Shown here: piece after piece, positions 28,359 through 37,873 of the stretch | How the letters are laid out: every line of letters begins with the position of its first letter | How positions within the stretch are numbered: position 1 is the stretch's first letter | Program-made: the position numbers and the translations under genes | DNA from: a virus | Taxonomy: Duplodnaviria > Caudoviricetes | IMG/VR virus record: IMGVR_UViG_3300020414_000780 | Coordinates: 1-42,357 of that record | Length of the DNA: 42,357 bases | Strand: one strand, 5' to 3' | The notes under the pieces: model-generated | Databases searched by the model: none | What the model was told of the DNA's origin: nothing | What the model saw: only the letters and a program-made list of their open reading frames with translations

Positions 28359-28754
28359 ATGTCTGAATCTCCATATTATACCATTATGGATGCTCGCAAT
28401 CCCAAATGGGCAAATGAAGAACACAATGTTCTTGATATTGATGTGAATTTCATTGACATCGAGGAGGAGTGGATTCAATACACTGCTTCTCCAACCGATG
28501 TTAGTGAACATTCTCGGGAAATCTATCGTCGTGCTCTTGAAGGAGAGTATGGTGAGATTGCTGAGTACACTGATAGTAATAAATGGATCCCGGTAAATAA
28601 AACTGAGATTAAAGTTTCTACGGAGGGTCTCATTCAGATCCTCCTAGAAAAAGGTGTACTGACAGACGAAGAAGTTGATACTATTCTCGTCGAAGAAACT
28701 AATACTGTTGGATTCGCAAGAACTACCACTGATGGTATTTCTAAGATCTATTGA
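28359..28754 (+). CDS. Tail-fibre assembly chaperone-like protein
   Basis: ARNPKWANEEH..LDIDVNF...YTASP.D...HSREIY.RAL.GEYGEIAEY, typical of Tfa-like N-termini; directly follows the fibre gene. Confidence 0.65.
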   Translation: MSESPYYTIMDARNPKWANEEHNVLDIDVNFIDIEEEWIQYTASPTDVSEHSREIYRRALEGEYGEIAEYTDSNKWIPVNKTEIKVSTEGLIQILLEKGVLTDEEVDTILVEETNTVGFARTTTDGISKIY

Positions 28755-28766
28755 TTACCTTTCATA

Positions 28767-29747
28767 ATGTTTTTTGCCGATCAATCAGATAAGTGGCATC
28801 ATTCTATGCAGAGGTATCTGGGTTTACCAGATGCCTCTTTTTTGTATGGTGTTATTCCGGGTGTATGTCGCGAGGTTGTAGGTAGACGCGACTGGATGTA
28901 TACACAACCAGAATGTTTTAACTCTAACAAAGTATATGTGTGGAGTGAATACCACGCAAAGAAGTTGGAGAAGTCTAGGATGCAATCATATTATGGTGCA
29001 TGTCCATTTCTATGGGATCTTGCCAAGGTTGCAACAACAGAATCATATGAACCTGAAGGTTCGTTATTCTTTATCCCACGAGATGATCAGGTTACTATTC
29101 GTGATGCTGATTACAGAAATGTTCAGGATGCTATCAACTGGGCATCACGTCCTATTAGATTCTTATTGCCATGGCGTGAATGTGACATCTGGAAAGAATG
29201 GAAGAACTTAAAGTTGCCTAAGGATAGTGAGTTCATCCAGATGAATGATCGTGTTAATAGACAGTTTATCTTGTCACGGTTATTCTTACAGTCCGAGCAC
29301 GTTTATATTCCTTGGCCCGGCACTGACATATACTATGCTGAGTTCCTTGGTAAGCATGTGCACATATATGACAGGTTAGAATATTACCGCACAAAAACTA
29401 TTGAGGAGTCTCCACAAAGTAAGACAAAGATTCTTCGTCATCTAAAATGGGGATGGGACTATCTGAATGACACTCAGAAGAAGTTCTTCGAGTATACAAA
29501 TACGTGGAGCATCTTACCTGAGGATGATCGTGCATTTATGACTGCAAAGATGCTAGGTCTCAGTCAACTAAAATCTCCAGAAGATCTATACAATGATCTC
29601 CTGGAGATAGGATTTCTTCGTGAAGAAGATAAACAGGTTGTAAATGAAGAGTATATTACTGCCTACGAATGGTTACGCGAGAAAACGATAAAAGTTAATA
29701 ATATTAAATGTAGTGATAGGTGTACTGATATATACGCTACTATTTAA
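28767..29747 (+). CDS. Hypothetical protein, possibly glycan-modifying
   Basis: 326-aa ORF next to the sugar island; no decisive motif. Confidence 0.55.
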   Translation: MFFADQSDKWHHSMQRYLGLPDASFLYGVIPGVCREVVGRRDWMYTQPECFNSNKVYVWSEYHAKKLEKSRMQSYYGACPFLWDLAKVATTESYEPEGSLFFIPRDDQVTIRDADYRNVQDAINWASRPIRFLLPWRECDIWKEWKNLKLPKDSEFIQMNDRVNRQFILSRLFLQSEHVYIPWPGTDIYYAEFLGKHVHIYDRLEYYRTKTIEESPQSKTKILRHLKWGWDYLNDTQKKFFEYTNTWSILPEDDRAFMTAKMLGLSQLKSPEDLYNDLLEIGFLREEDKQVVNEEYITAYEWLREKTIKVNNIKCSDRCTDIYATI

Positions 29748-30094
29748 AACTGACGAAAAAAGTCACTATCATTCCACCCCTTGTCGTCGATGTAATTCAT
29801 GGCACGGGGTTTACCGAAAAACAGTGCATCGTACTCAACACCCCATTCTTTTAGTTGTCGTTCGGTAAGTTCTCGCATGTTTTTATCAGCGAGTGCTTGA
29901 TCGTTGTTCGCCTTGACCATACCTCGTGCTGTCTGTAGGTAGATCGTAGCACCTTTCATCTTCAGATCATTGACAACATTGATTCGTGAAACGATGGGTT
30001 GTGAGTTCTCAACGTCACCCATCATTTCAGTGCACAGTGTCCCATCAATATCGAAGCAGTAAACTGGTGCACCTTCCGATACGTGTTGAATCAT
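29744..30094 (-). CDS. HAD-superfamily capsule-biosynthesis-type phosphatase
   Basis: FDIDGTLC motif I, TARG, YD.LFFGKP, YIDDK. Confidence 0.85.
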   Translation of the reverse strand: MIQHVSEGAPVYCFDIDGTLCTEMMGDVENSQPIVSRINVVNDLKMKGATIYLQTARGMVKANNDQALADKNMRELTERQLKEWGVEYDALFFGKPRAMNYIDDKGWNDSDFFRQF

Positions 30095-30552
30095 GGGAGT
30101 TCGGGTAACTTGACTCCATTATACTCCATGAGCATGTAGATTGTCCAGAGGGCGTTGACTTCAAACTCGTGATAGTATCTGGATGGGATACAGATTGTGT
30201 GAATGTATGGCGTCTCGATCTTCTTAGGTGCGATGACTGTTGTAGGGATACCAAAAGCAAACTCGTCTAAGACTCTGATCATAGGCGATTGATTTCGTGC
30301 ACTGATACCTAACACCATGTCACAGTGTTGTGCAGCATATGCCATCCACTCATACTTCCAATCAATGTCATTACCAACAGCAGTAAGGTGAACACTATCA
30401 GGAGCAAAGCAGAACTTTCCTGTGTGCCGTTGTATATCAGACGCAGCATGTTGTGCAATGGCAAGATTACCACCACTGCCAATGATCGCAATGCGTGATG
30501 CTTTATCCAGCATCTTAGCACCAAGACTTATGTCAACGTTTTGCAAGTTCAT
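30091..30552 (-). CDS. SIS-domain phosphosugar isomerase (GmhA-like)
   Basis: IIGSGGNLAIAQHAASD, LTAVGND, LGISA.N.S motifs. Confidence 0.75.
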   Translation of the reverse strand: MNLQNVDISLGAKMLDKASRIAIIGSGGNLAIAQHAASDIQRHTGKFCFAPDSVHLTAVGNDIDWKYEWMAYAAQHCDMVLGISARNQSPMIRVLDEFAFGIPTTVIAPKKIETPYIHTICIPSRYYHEFEVNALWTIYMLMEYNGVKLPELP

Positions 30553-31243
30553 GCTCGATCTCTTGTATGTGCCAGGAGCGATCCACAGCCCTTATTTTAC
30601 CACATTTCAGGTCAAATGGCGACACTTGATACTTACCACAGAATCCGATGGTGTCAAGTCCACCCCAATGTTTGACAAATGTCATGTCTAAGTTTGGGAA
30701 GTCTCGTATAACATTTAGTCTATACATGTAGAGACCCAACTGTGTCACAGTGTTGGCGGTGATAATATCTGGTGTTCTCACCATATGTGTTACCACACCA
30801 TTATTGACAACCATCTTTACAACATCGTCATCAGCAATCTCATCGGGTTCTAGTTCCCGTGATGCTTGCACCATGTCACAGTCATGTGTAACACCATATT
30901 CAATCATGTCGTCAATCCATTGAGGATCAGTCAGTGGTTCATCCCCTTGTAGATTAACAATATAATCACTTTCCAGAGTTTCAGATACCTCTGCCACGCG
31001 ATGAGTGCAGGTATAGTGTCTGCCTGTGATTCGTGATTCATATCCATTGACTTCACACGTTCGTTTGATTACTTCGTCTTCAGTAGCAACAATGATATGA
31101 TCAAGGTATTTAGATTTACGAGCAATATCTGCTACTCGTAGCACCATCTCACGCCCATTGATTCGTGCAAGTGGTTTACCAGGAAACCTGCCGGATGACA
31201 TTCTAGCAGGAATAATGCAAATAATCTGTTTACCTTTGAACAT
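30533..31243 (-). CDS. kdsB: CMP-Kdo synthetase-like cytidylyltransferase
   Basis: IIPARMSSGRFPGKPLA.ING, IVATED, VNLQGDEP, VKMV, GLYMY, AVD. Confidence 0.85.
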   Translation of the reverse strand: MFKGKQIICIIPARMSSGRFPGKPLARINGREMVLRVADIARKSKYLDHIIVATEDEVIKRTCEVNGYESRITGRHYTCTHRVAEVSETLESDYIVNLQGDEPLTDPQWIDDMIEYGVTHDCDMVQASRELEPDEIADDDVVKMVVNNGVVTHMVRTPDIITANTVTQLGLYMYRLNVIRDFPNLDMTFVKHWGGLDTIGFCGKYQVSPFDLKCGKIRAVDRSWHIQEIEHELAKR

Positions 31244-31253
31244 AATGTAGGGG

Positions 31254-31282
31254 TTGACAACTTGGCGTAATCTATGTAGACT
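31254..31282 (+). promoter_or_regulatory. sigma70-type promoter pointing antisense to the 31310-32218 gene
   Basis: TTGACA (31254-31259), 17-bp spacer, TAGACT (31277-31282). Confidence 0.55.
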
Positions 31283-31309
31283 GACTCTGTTCCCGTTAAA
31301 GGGTGGGCT

Positions 31310-32218
31310 TTAGCTTAATACTTTAGGAAAGAAATCGTTAAGGACATTATAGTACCTGTCAAAGTATTTGTCCACTAGATTAGAGCATTTCATCGTCATA
31401 TCTGTCTGAACAATAGGATCAAACCACCTAGGATCATTGGAGATGAAGTCTAATGTCTTCTCTATGTTAAACTTTTCCTTGTAATCTTCGTCATTAGATA
31501 TATCTAACCATTCCCATTCACATTCGTTTTCTTCTAGACATTTGATATATGTCCTAAACTTGTGAAGTTGTTCTTTGAATAGATTCTCTACCGCTTTGAA
31601 GTCCTGTAAGAATTCTGGATTGGTGCTACCTAAAAGATCTAGCAGTAGATACTTATATCCTTGAGATTTGTATGGTATAACATGCTTATACTTCTTTAGA
31701 TCTATGTTAATAGTTTCATCTCTCATTGAGACTGTTGAACACACTAGATCAGGATCAGCATTATCAAAGATACGCTGAATGTTCTCCATGACAGGTATAT
31801 TCTTGTCTAGGTATTCTGGGATCTTGGTTGGATCAGGTATGTCTATCTCATCCCAGTTGATTGCATCTGGGTTAGTATCTTGATGCCATTCATACCATTC
31901 TTTTCGTGTTTGGAGCACATGATCTTGACTTTCAAAGATATAGTTGCCTGCCCAAAATGCAGGGATCATGGCACATGGTTGAATAAAGAACTCGTTTGAC
32001 TGTATATCTGTCTTGTCTTCGTCAAAGTCCTTGCTAAGAACTAGTGTGCGATTGTATAAGTAATCGTCTACAATCTCACCCCATGCAAAGACACACTTAT
32101 CACCTGGTGATTTTTCACCAAAGTATCTTAGTGACGTTCTACCATTGAGTTCAAATAGAGCACATGCATGATCTTTACCGAAGATCTGTGGTGCCCAGTA
32201 CATATACTTTTGAGTCAT
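31310..32218 (-). CDS. Hypothetical protein, paralog of 32218-33105
   Basis: Shares KY.YWAP..FGK.HAC, PDL.C, YKHV.PYKS, W.WLDIS..YK with its neighbour. Confidence 0.7.
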   Translation of the reverse strand: MTQKYMYWAPQIFGKDHACALFELNGRTSLRYFGEKSPGDKCVFAWGEIVDDYLYNRTLVLSKDFDEDKTDIQSNEFFIQPCAMIPAFWAGNYIFESQDHVLQTRKEWYEWHQDTNPDAINWDEIDIPDPTKIPEYLDKNIPVMENIQRIFDNADPDLVCSTVSMRDETINIDLKKYKHVIPYKSQGYKYLLLDLLGSTNPEFLQDFKAVENLFKEQLHKFRTYIKCLEENECEWEWLDISNDEDYKEKFNIEKTLDFISNDPRWFDPIVQTDMTMKCSNLVDKYFDRYYNVLNDFFPKVLS

Positions 32219-33105
32219 CAGTTCTTCACCTCAGGGTAGAGTAGATTTAGTCTTTCGCTCCGTGATATAATATATCTCTCAGCAAGTAAGTAATAGTAAT
32301 CAATACGATCTGTTCTTATCTCAGGTGACATCCATTTGTGGTCTGCCATATCATGATCAGGAATGTTTTGCAATCCAAAGTATTTGTAGTTCTCCCATTT
32401 GGATATGTCTAACCACTGCCAGTCAATATCTTGTAGTCTCAGATAATCTAGTAGTCGTTCAAAATGGACTAGACGTTGATCTAGAAAAGCGAATACTTTA
32501 GCAGTTGATAGACCATCAATGTCTAGGATTGTCAGATATTCAAACACCAGTTGCTTGAAGTCTGTGGACTTGTATGGTACAACGTGCTTGTAATCAGCAT
32601 AGTTTATATCAACATTCACGGGCAATGGTTCTTCTAAACAGATAAGATCTGGATTGAAGTCACGCACCATAATACTCAGGTTATCTAACCATGTATTGTT
32701 CTCATCTACTTTGTGCTCAGGAAATGCACAGTCTGGGATATGCTCACTAGGTAGATCATTGAGCATACGATTACGGGTTAGTTCTCCCTCAGTCATCGCT
32801 TTATTCTCATGCTGTGGGATGTATGCATGATCAGGATCACCAGCAATAAACTTGCTTCTGATACACTGTGATGTGTATATGTCTTTCTTCCTTACTGATA
32901 GTGATTCAACCTGCACTTTGCCAGGGAATCCGTGCCTATTATACTTCTCTTGGTCGATTACTGTGCCAGAGAATACTTGAAACCCTTCACCATATGTTCC
33001 ATACTTCATCGACACCTTGTTATTTGCTGCAAAGGTAAAGCAAGCATGACTCTTACCAAAGCAAGATGGTGCCCAATAAATGTATTTTGTCATAGATGTT
33101 GACAT
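32218..33105 (-). CDS. Hypothetical protein with N-terminal P-loop-like motif
   Basis: APSCFGKS fits [AG]-x4-GK-[ST] after a hydrophobic strand. Confidence 0.65.
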   Translation of the reverse strand: MSTSMTKYIYWAPSCFGKSHACFTFAANNKVSMKYGTYGEGFQVFSGTVIDQEKYNRHGFPGKVQVESLSVRKKDIYTSQCIRSKFIAGDPDHAYIPQHENKAMTEGELTRNRMLNDLPSEHIPDCAFPEHKVDENNTWLDNLSIMVRDFNPDLICLEEPLPVNVDINYADYKHVVPYKSTDFKQLVFEYLTILDIDGLSTAKVFAFLDQRLVHFERLLDYLRLQDIDWQWLDISKWENYKYFGLQNIPDHDMADHKWMSPEIRTDRIDYYYLLAERYIISRSERLNLLYPEVKN

Positions 33106-33127
33106 ATCCTATAGACCTATGTATACT
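33099..33127 (+). promoter_or_regulatory. sigma70-type early/middle promoter
   Basis: TTGACA (33099-33104), 17 bp, TATACT (33122-33127). Confidence 0.8.
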
Positions 33128-33151
33128 GGCAGGGGTTATCGCACTATCTCC

Positions 33152-33352
33152 ATGGCACAGGTTGAAATTGGCGACAAAGTAAGTTACCACGATATGTTTG
33201 GTGAAGTGGCATTTGTTGATGTGAACTATTTTTGCCTACAGATTGCAGATGAGGGATATTGTAGCGGCACACCTGTCCGTGTCTGTGTCCGGTGGGACGA
33301 TCGGTATACTGTCCACAAACCGGCACCAGCGAAGCAGGATGCATTACAATAG
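33152..33352 (+). CDS. Small hypothetical protein (start MAQVEIG)
   Basis: ATG 24 nt after the -10 box; SH3-like beta pattern. Confidence 0.6.
   Translation: MAQVEIGDKVSYHDMFGEVAFVDVNYFCLQIADEGYCSGTPVRVCVRWDDRYTVHKPAPAKQDALQ
33295..33350 (+). promoter_or_regulatory. Palindrome + -10 early promoter, copy 1
   Basis: GGAC-N12-GTCC, 30 nt, TACAAT. Confidence 0.7.
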
Positions 33353-33373
33353 TTGCATCAACAGACGAGAAGC

Positions 33374-35464
33374 ATGGTCAGCATTGAGATCAAAGGCAAC
33401 CTGGCAAGACTGCTGGCAACTGAGAACCTGATCGTTGAGCACCGTAACGTAGAGACAGCGCAGTTCAATGTTCAGACTCGTGTTCTCACTCTACCACAAT
33501 GGGATCGCGCTAGTGATACTGTCTATGATATGCTTGTCGCCCACGAGGTAGGTCATGCATTGTATACACCTACTCGCAACTGGATTGTAGAGAAAGAATA
33601 CTTTAGAGTGCCACCTGATTATGTCAACGTGGTTGAAGATGCTCGCATTGAGAAGTTGATGAAGCGTCGGTTTCGTGGTCTCAATCGTGACTTTCACTCA
33701 GGTTATCAGGAACTGAATGAGCAAGACTTCTTTGCTATTTCTGATGACGATGTTAATGCTCTGAAACCGATTGACAAGATCAATCTATACTTCAAAGTCG
33801 GTGCTTTCATTGACATTGAGTTTACTGATGAGGAGAATGACTTCATCACTCGTATCAGTAAGGCAGAGGACTTCGAAGAGGTTCTTATCATTGCCCGTGA
33901 TATTCAGGCATACACCAAGAAACTTGCACAGAAGAAGAAGGAAGAACAAGAACAACAACAGCAACAATCAGCAGGTCAGGGTACATCTCAGGATGACACT
34001 GTGCAACCTTCAGAGAGTTCTATTGATGGTGAGGAGGAGAATGATACTGAAGAGGATTCAGATGCCACTGAGGACGATCCTGGCGCTGATTATGAGGATG
34101 AAACTAGTGACACTCAACGTGCCTTTGGTGATAGTCAGCAGAGTCTAATCGGCAATGGCACTGAGATGAACTATGTGGAAGTTCCTCAGGCAAATCTTAA
34201 TCGTGCTGTAGTCAAGTTTGATACTATTCTTGAGTATTTGCGTGAGTTCTATGCTCAGCAGAATGAGATGTATCCTGACAGATATGCTCTCATGCTTGAT
34301 GAATATACTACATTCAAGCGTGATAGTTCCAAGGAAGTAAACTACCTTGTGAAAGAGTTTGAGATGAAGAAGTCTGCCGATGCTTATGCCCGTGCCACAA
34401 CTTCACGCACTGGTGTACTCAACACAGGCAAACTTCACACCTACAAGTATAACGAAGATCTCTTCAAGAAAGTGACAACCATCCCCGATGGTAAGAATCA
34501 CGGTCTGGTGTTCTTGCTTGACTGGAGTGGATCTATGTGTAACATCATGAGTGATACACTCAAGCAACTATTTCAGTTGGTGTGGTTCTGCCGTAAGGTA
34601 AACATCCCCTTCGAAGTGTATGCTTTCACCAATGATTCATGGGCACTCTCTTCAGAGTACAACTATGATGATAACATGCATACTGAACTGATGGTGAAAG
34701 AATGGAAGAACAATGAGATAACTATTGATGGATGTTTCCGTCTCGTCAATATACTCAGCAGCAGTTCTAAGAGTAAGTATAACGATGAGATGATGCAGTA
34801 TCTGTATATTGCTGGCAGATCATTTGGCAGCGGTATGCTTAACTATCCTCCTAAGTTCACCTTGTCTGGCACACCATTGAATGAGGCAATCATCACCAGT
34901 AAAGAGGTTGTCAAGCAAATGATCAAGAAACACTATCTTCAGAAGTGTCATGTCATTTGTCTCACTGATGGTGAAGGATATACACCAGCATACAATCGTG
35001 AGCGTAAATATGAGCACAGTGGTGAAGTATCCCGTGGACGTGCTCGCATTGGATATAATACTATGCTCCGCAATCGTGAGACAGGACGCACATGGAAGAC
35101 TAGTGAGTTTTCATTCACTAATGACTTGATTGAGTGCGTAAAGGATGGTCTTCCTGGTGTTAGTTTCATCGGGTTCCGTATCCTCGGACGTGGTGACATT
35201 CGTTCCTTCGCATCATACTTTGGTGATGGCACTAGTAGCACTGAAATGCAAGATGTTATCCGAAAAACTGGTAGCATCTGCATGAAACTGGACTCGTTTG
35301 ATCTTATGTTTGGCATCCCACAATCAGGACTCACTGTAGACACTGACCTAAATGTTAGTGACGATGCTAAGAAAGCAGACGTTAGTAAGGCGTTCCGCAA
35401 GATGTTCAAGAACAAGAGAACAAACAAATTTGTGCTCCAGCAGTTCGCAGACCAGATCGCATAG
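33374..35464 (+). CDS. CobT-like protein: HExxH metallopeptidase domain, acidic linker, VWA domain
   Basis: AHEVGHAL, NVVEDARIE, LLDWSGSM MIDAS, GTPL, LTDGE. Confidence 0.85.
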   Translation: MVSIEIKGNLARLLATENLIVEHRNVETAQFNVQTRVLTLPQWDRASDTVYDMLVAHEVGHALYTPTRNWIVEKEYFRVPPDYVNVVEDARIEKLMKRRFRGLNRDFHSGYQELNEQDFFAISDDDVNALKPIDKINLYFKVGAFIDIEFTDEENDFITRISKAEDFEEVLIIARDIQAYTKKLAQKKKEEQEQQQQQSAGQGTSQDDTVQPSESSIDGEEENDTEEDSDATEDDPGADYEDETSDTQRAFGDSQQSLIGNGTEMNYVEVPQANLNRAVVKFDTILEYLREFYAQQNEMYPDRYALMLDEYTTFKRDSSKEVNYLVKEFEMKKSADAYARATTSRTGVLNTGKLHTYKYNEDLFKKVTTIPDGKNHGLVFLLDWSGSMCNIMSDTLKQLFQLVWFCRKVNIPFEVYAFTNDSWALSSEYNYDDNMHTELMVKEWKNNEITIDGCFRLVNILSSSSKSKYNDEMMQYLYIAGRSFGSGMLNYPPKFTLSGTPLNEAIITSKEVVKQMIKKHYLQKCHVICLTDGEGYTPAYNRERKYEHSGEVSRGRARIGYNTMLRNRETGRTWKTSEFSFTNDLIECVKDGLPGVSFIGFRILGRGDIRSFASYFGDGTSSTEMQDVIRKTGSICMKLDSFDLMFGIPQSGLTVDTDLNVSDDAKKADVSKAFRKMFKNKRTNKFVLQQFADQIA

Positions 35465-35506
35465 TGGCACACGCCACGGATCTGAACCCCATCCATCCCC
35501 TATAAT
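35450..35506 (+). promoter_or_regulatory. Palindrome + -10 early promoter, copy 2
   Basis: GACC-N12-GGCA, 31 nt, TATAAT. Confidence 0.7.
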
Positions 35507-35530
35507 AGTCTCATCGACAGCAAAGGACAC

Positions 35531-36616
35531 ATGCCACGCACCATCAACAGCAAGCAACACATCGACGCCTTGGTTGACACCTTTGGCACAGAACTAAATG
35601 CTGATATGGTTAAGGCATACTGCAATCAGTCTGGTGTGTCTTACCAAACCATCACTAAGTATCTCAATCAGTACAAAGTTTCTCGTGGTCACTGGAATCT
35701 GACCGTTGATGAAGTTAAAGAACAACTAGAGCAAACTGTTGCTCAAGTTGGCAAGACTGAATCTGTTCACCAAAATCTCGTTCCCGCTAAAGATGATACC
35801 TTCGTCCAGTTTGGCAACTTTAGTAACCTTAAAAAGGTTATTGCGTCCCGTGCTTTCTATCCAGTCTTCATTACTGGAATGTCTGGCAACGGTAAAACGT
35901 TCGGTGTTGAGCAAGCGTGTGCACAACTCAGCAGAGAACTGATCCGTGTCAATATCACTGTAGAGACTGATGAGGATGACCTGATCGGTGGTTTTCGTCT
36001 CGTTAATGGTGAAACAGTGTGGCACAATGGTCCTGTGATTGAAGCATTGCAGCGTGGTGCTGTGTTGTTGCTTGACGAGGTAGATCTGGCATCTAATAAG
36101 ATCTTGTGCCTGCAATCTATCATGGAAGGTAAGGGTGTCTTCCTTAAAAAGATTGGTGAGTATATCAAACCCGCTGCTGGTTTCACTATCATTGCCACTG
36201 CAAACACTAAGGGCAAGGGTTCTGATGATGGACGATTCATCGGCACGAATGTACTTAACGAGGCATTTCTTGAGCGTTTCCCAGTGACATTTGAGCAGGA
36301 GTATCCTACACCTGCTGTTGAGAATAAGATGCTTCGTGCTACATGTGAAGCACTGAATGTTCCTCTCACTGGTGATGTTGAGCAGTTCATTGCCTATCTG
36401 TGTGACTGGGCAGATATTGTCCGCAAGACATTCAAAGATGGTGGCATTGATGAGATCATTTCTACACGTCGTCTTGTGCACATTATCCGTGCCTATGCTA
36501 TCTTCGGCAAGAAAATGATGGCAGTTGAGATGTGCCTAAATCGTTTTGACGAGGAGACTAAATCTTCCTTTATCCAACTTTACACCAAACTTGACGGAGA
36601 AACTGATGCAGAGTGA
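35531..36616 (+). CDS. cobS: CobS-like MoxR-family AAA+ ATPase
   Basis: GMSGNGKT Walker A, LLLDEVD Walker B, ATANTKG, NEAFLERF, ISTRRL. Confidence 0.92.
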   Translation: MPRTINSKQHIDALVDTFGTELNADMVKAYCNQSGVSYQTITKYLNQYKVSRGHWNLTVDEVKEQLEQTVAQVGKTESVHQNLVPAKDDTFVQFGNFSNLKKVIASRAFYPVFITGMSGNGKTFGVEQACAQLSRELIRVNITVETDEDDLIGGFRLVNGETVWHNGPVIEALQRGAVLLLDEVDLASNKILCLQSIMEGKGVFLKKIGEYIKPAAGFTIIATANTKGKGSDDGRFIGTNVLNEAFLERFPVTFEQEYPTPAVENKMLRATCEALNVPLTGDVEQFIAYLCDWADIVRKTFKDGGIDEIISTRRLVHIIRAYAIFGKKMMAVEMCLNRFDEETKSSFIQLYTKLDGETDAE

Positions 36617-37481
36617 ATATCTTCCTCTTAAAGAATGTTGGGTTGGGCGATGCTATTCGCCTGACCTAGTTGATGACCCTTTCGTTAAAGACATTCTCAG
36701 GGAAACTGAGGAGGATCTGGAGTTCTTTAGTGATGTTCTTACTGGTGCCGGTGTTGTTGTACGTCGTCCTGAGTATACAGAACCTGACGTAACAATCAAA
36801 CCTCAGTTGTTACATGCACGAGACCATCTTCAACGCATTGGTAACACATTCTATGTTGGTCCACGTTATCAGAAGAACATCAATGATTGGTTAAGTCTTC
36901 TTGATGGACGCATGGAGTATATCACACTGGATAATATGTGTGCTCCCAGTGTTGTCCGTGCTGATCGTGTCTATGTTGATGCTATCGGATGGACTAAGAA
37001 GCGTTTCGATTGGTTGAGTCAAGCACACAAAGACATTGAGTTTGTTTATGAACGCTTTTCTAATCGTGCTGAGGACATTGAGCGTCACACTGATGGTGTG
37101 TTCAGTGTAGTTAAGGAAGGTGTTATTATTGCAACACCATCCGCAAGAAACCTAGAGTATTGTTTCCCTGGTTGGGACATTCTCTACGTTGATATTAACT
37201 CCAGTGATCTCAAAGACATGAACTATTCTAAGGAGATTGTCTGGTCACCATCACACATCCCTGACACATATCGTCAGTGGGTAGGATACTCACCTGAGAC
37301 ATTCTTTGACGTAAACTGTCTTCAACTGGACTCCACCAAACTTATGGTCACTCGCTACAATAAGCAAGTCTTTGATTTCTTGAAGAAACACAACGTTGAA
37401 CCCATTGTAGTTCCCTTCCGGCACAGATATTTGTGGGATGGTGGTCTTCATTGCATGACATTTGATTACGAGCGAGGATAG
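36606..37481 (+). CDS. Amidinotransferase-family protein (start MQSEY at 36606)
   Basis: LKECWVG, GVVVRRP, ARD, HTDG, FDVN, FRHRY.WDGGLHCMT catalytic Cys motif. Confidence 0.82.
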   Translation: MQSEYLPLKECWVGRCYSPDLVDDPFVKDILRETEEDLEFFSDVLTGAGVVVRRPEYTEPDVTIKPQLLHARDHLQRIGNTFYVGPRYQKNINDWLSLLDGRMEYITLDNMCAPSVVRADRVYVDAIGWTKKRFDWLSQAHKDIEFVYERFSNRAEDIERHTDGVFSVVKEGVIIATPSARNLEYCFPGWDILYVDINSSDLKDMNYSKEIVWSPSHIPDTYRQWVGYSPETFFDVNCLQLDSTKLMVTRYNKQVFDFLKKHNVEPIVVPFRHRYLWDGGLHCMTFDYERG

Positions 37482-37522
37482 AATCCCTCCTACATATCTA
37501 CATAAGCACCATTCACCAACAG

Positions 37523-37663
37523 ATGAAAAGACTCTATCAACTCTACGAGATTGATGACTTTATTGATGACAAAATAGAGGAACTCTTTGAAGTTGAGGAG
37601 TACGATGATGAAGAGAGATCATCTGATCGTTATGAGCAAATGGCACAACGTCATCATGCTTGA
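37523..37663 (+). CDS. Small acidic hypothetical protein, 46 aa (not in ORF track)
   Basis: Manual translation MKRLYQLYEIDDFIDDKIEELFEVEEYDD... Confidence 0.5.
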   Translation: MKRLYQLYEIDDFIDDKIEELFEVEEYDDEERSSDRYEQMAQRHHA

Positions 37664-37688
37664 CAAATGTTCACCCATCTAGTAGAAT
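37660..37688 (+). promoter_or_regulatory. sigma70-type promoter
   Basis: TTGACA, 17 bp, TAGAAT (37683-37688). Confidence 0.7.
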
Positions 37689-37711
37689 CTAAGTCGCTTA
37701 AGTTTTCTGCC

Positions 37712-37873
37712 ATGCTGACCGAAAGAGATCTTAAATCACATGATGATCATGAGATGTTCGCTAAGTATCTTGGCATTGACTATGATACTTACTATGAGAT
37801 GATGATTGGTGCTGACGACTCATCAGAGGATCTAATGGTCGGCATAAGCAACGCTAATCAGTCAAGGCGTTGA
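37712..37873 (+). CDS. Small hypothetical protein (start MLTERD)
   Basis: ATG downstream of the promoter; FAKYLGIDY motif. Confidence 0.6.
   Translation: MLTERDLKSHDDHEMFAKYLGIDYDTYYEMMIGADDSSEDLMVGISNANQSRR

Noticed and set aside
35726-36481. Long antisense ORFs (also 4906-5622, 26259-26921, 13668-14216, 34948-35496)
   Set aside because: Shadows of well-supported sense genes, without motifs or RBS
33374-36616. Cobalamin biosynthesis
   Set aside because: No CobN or other cob genes in the window
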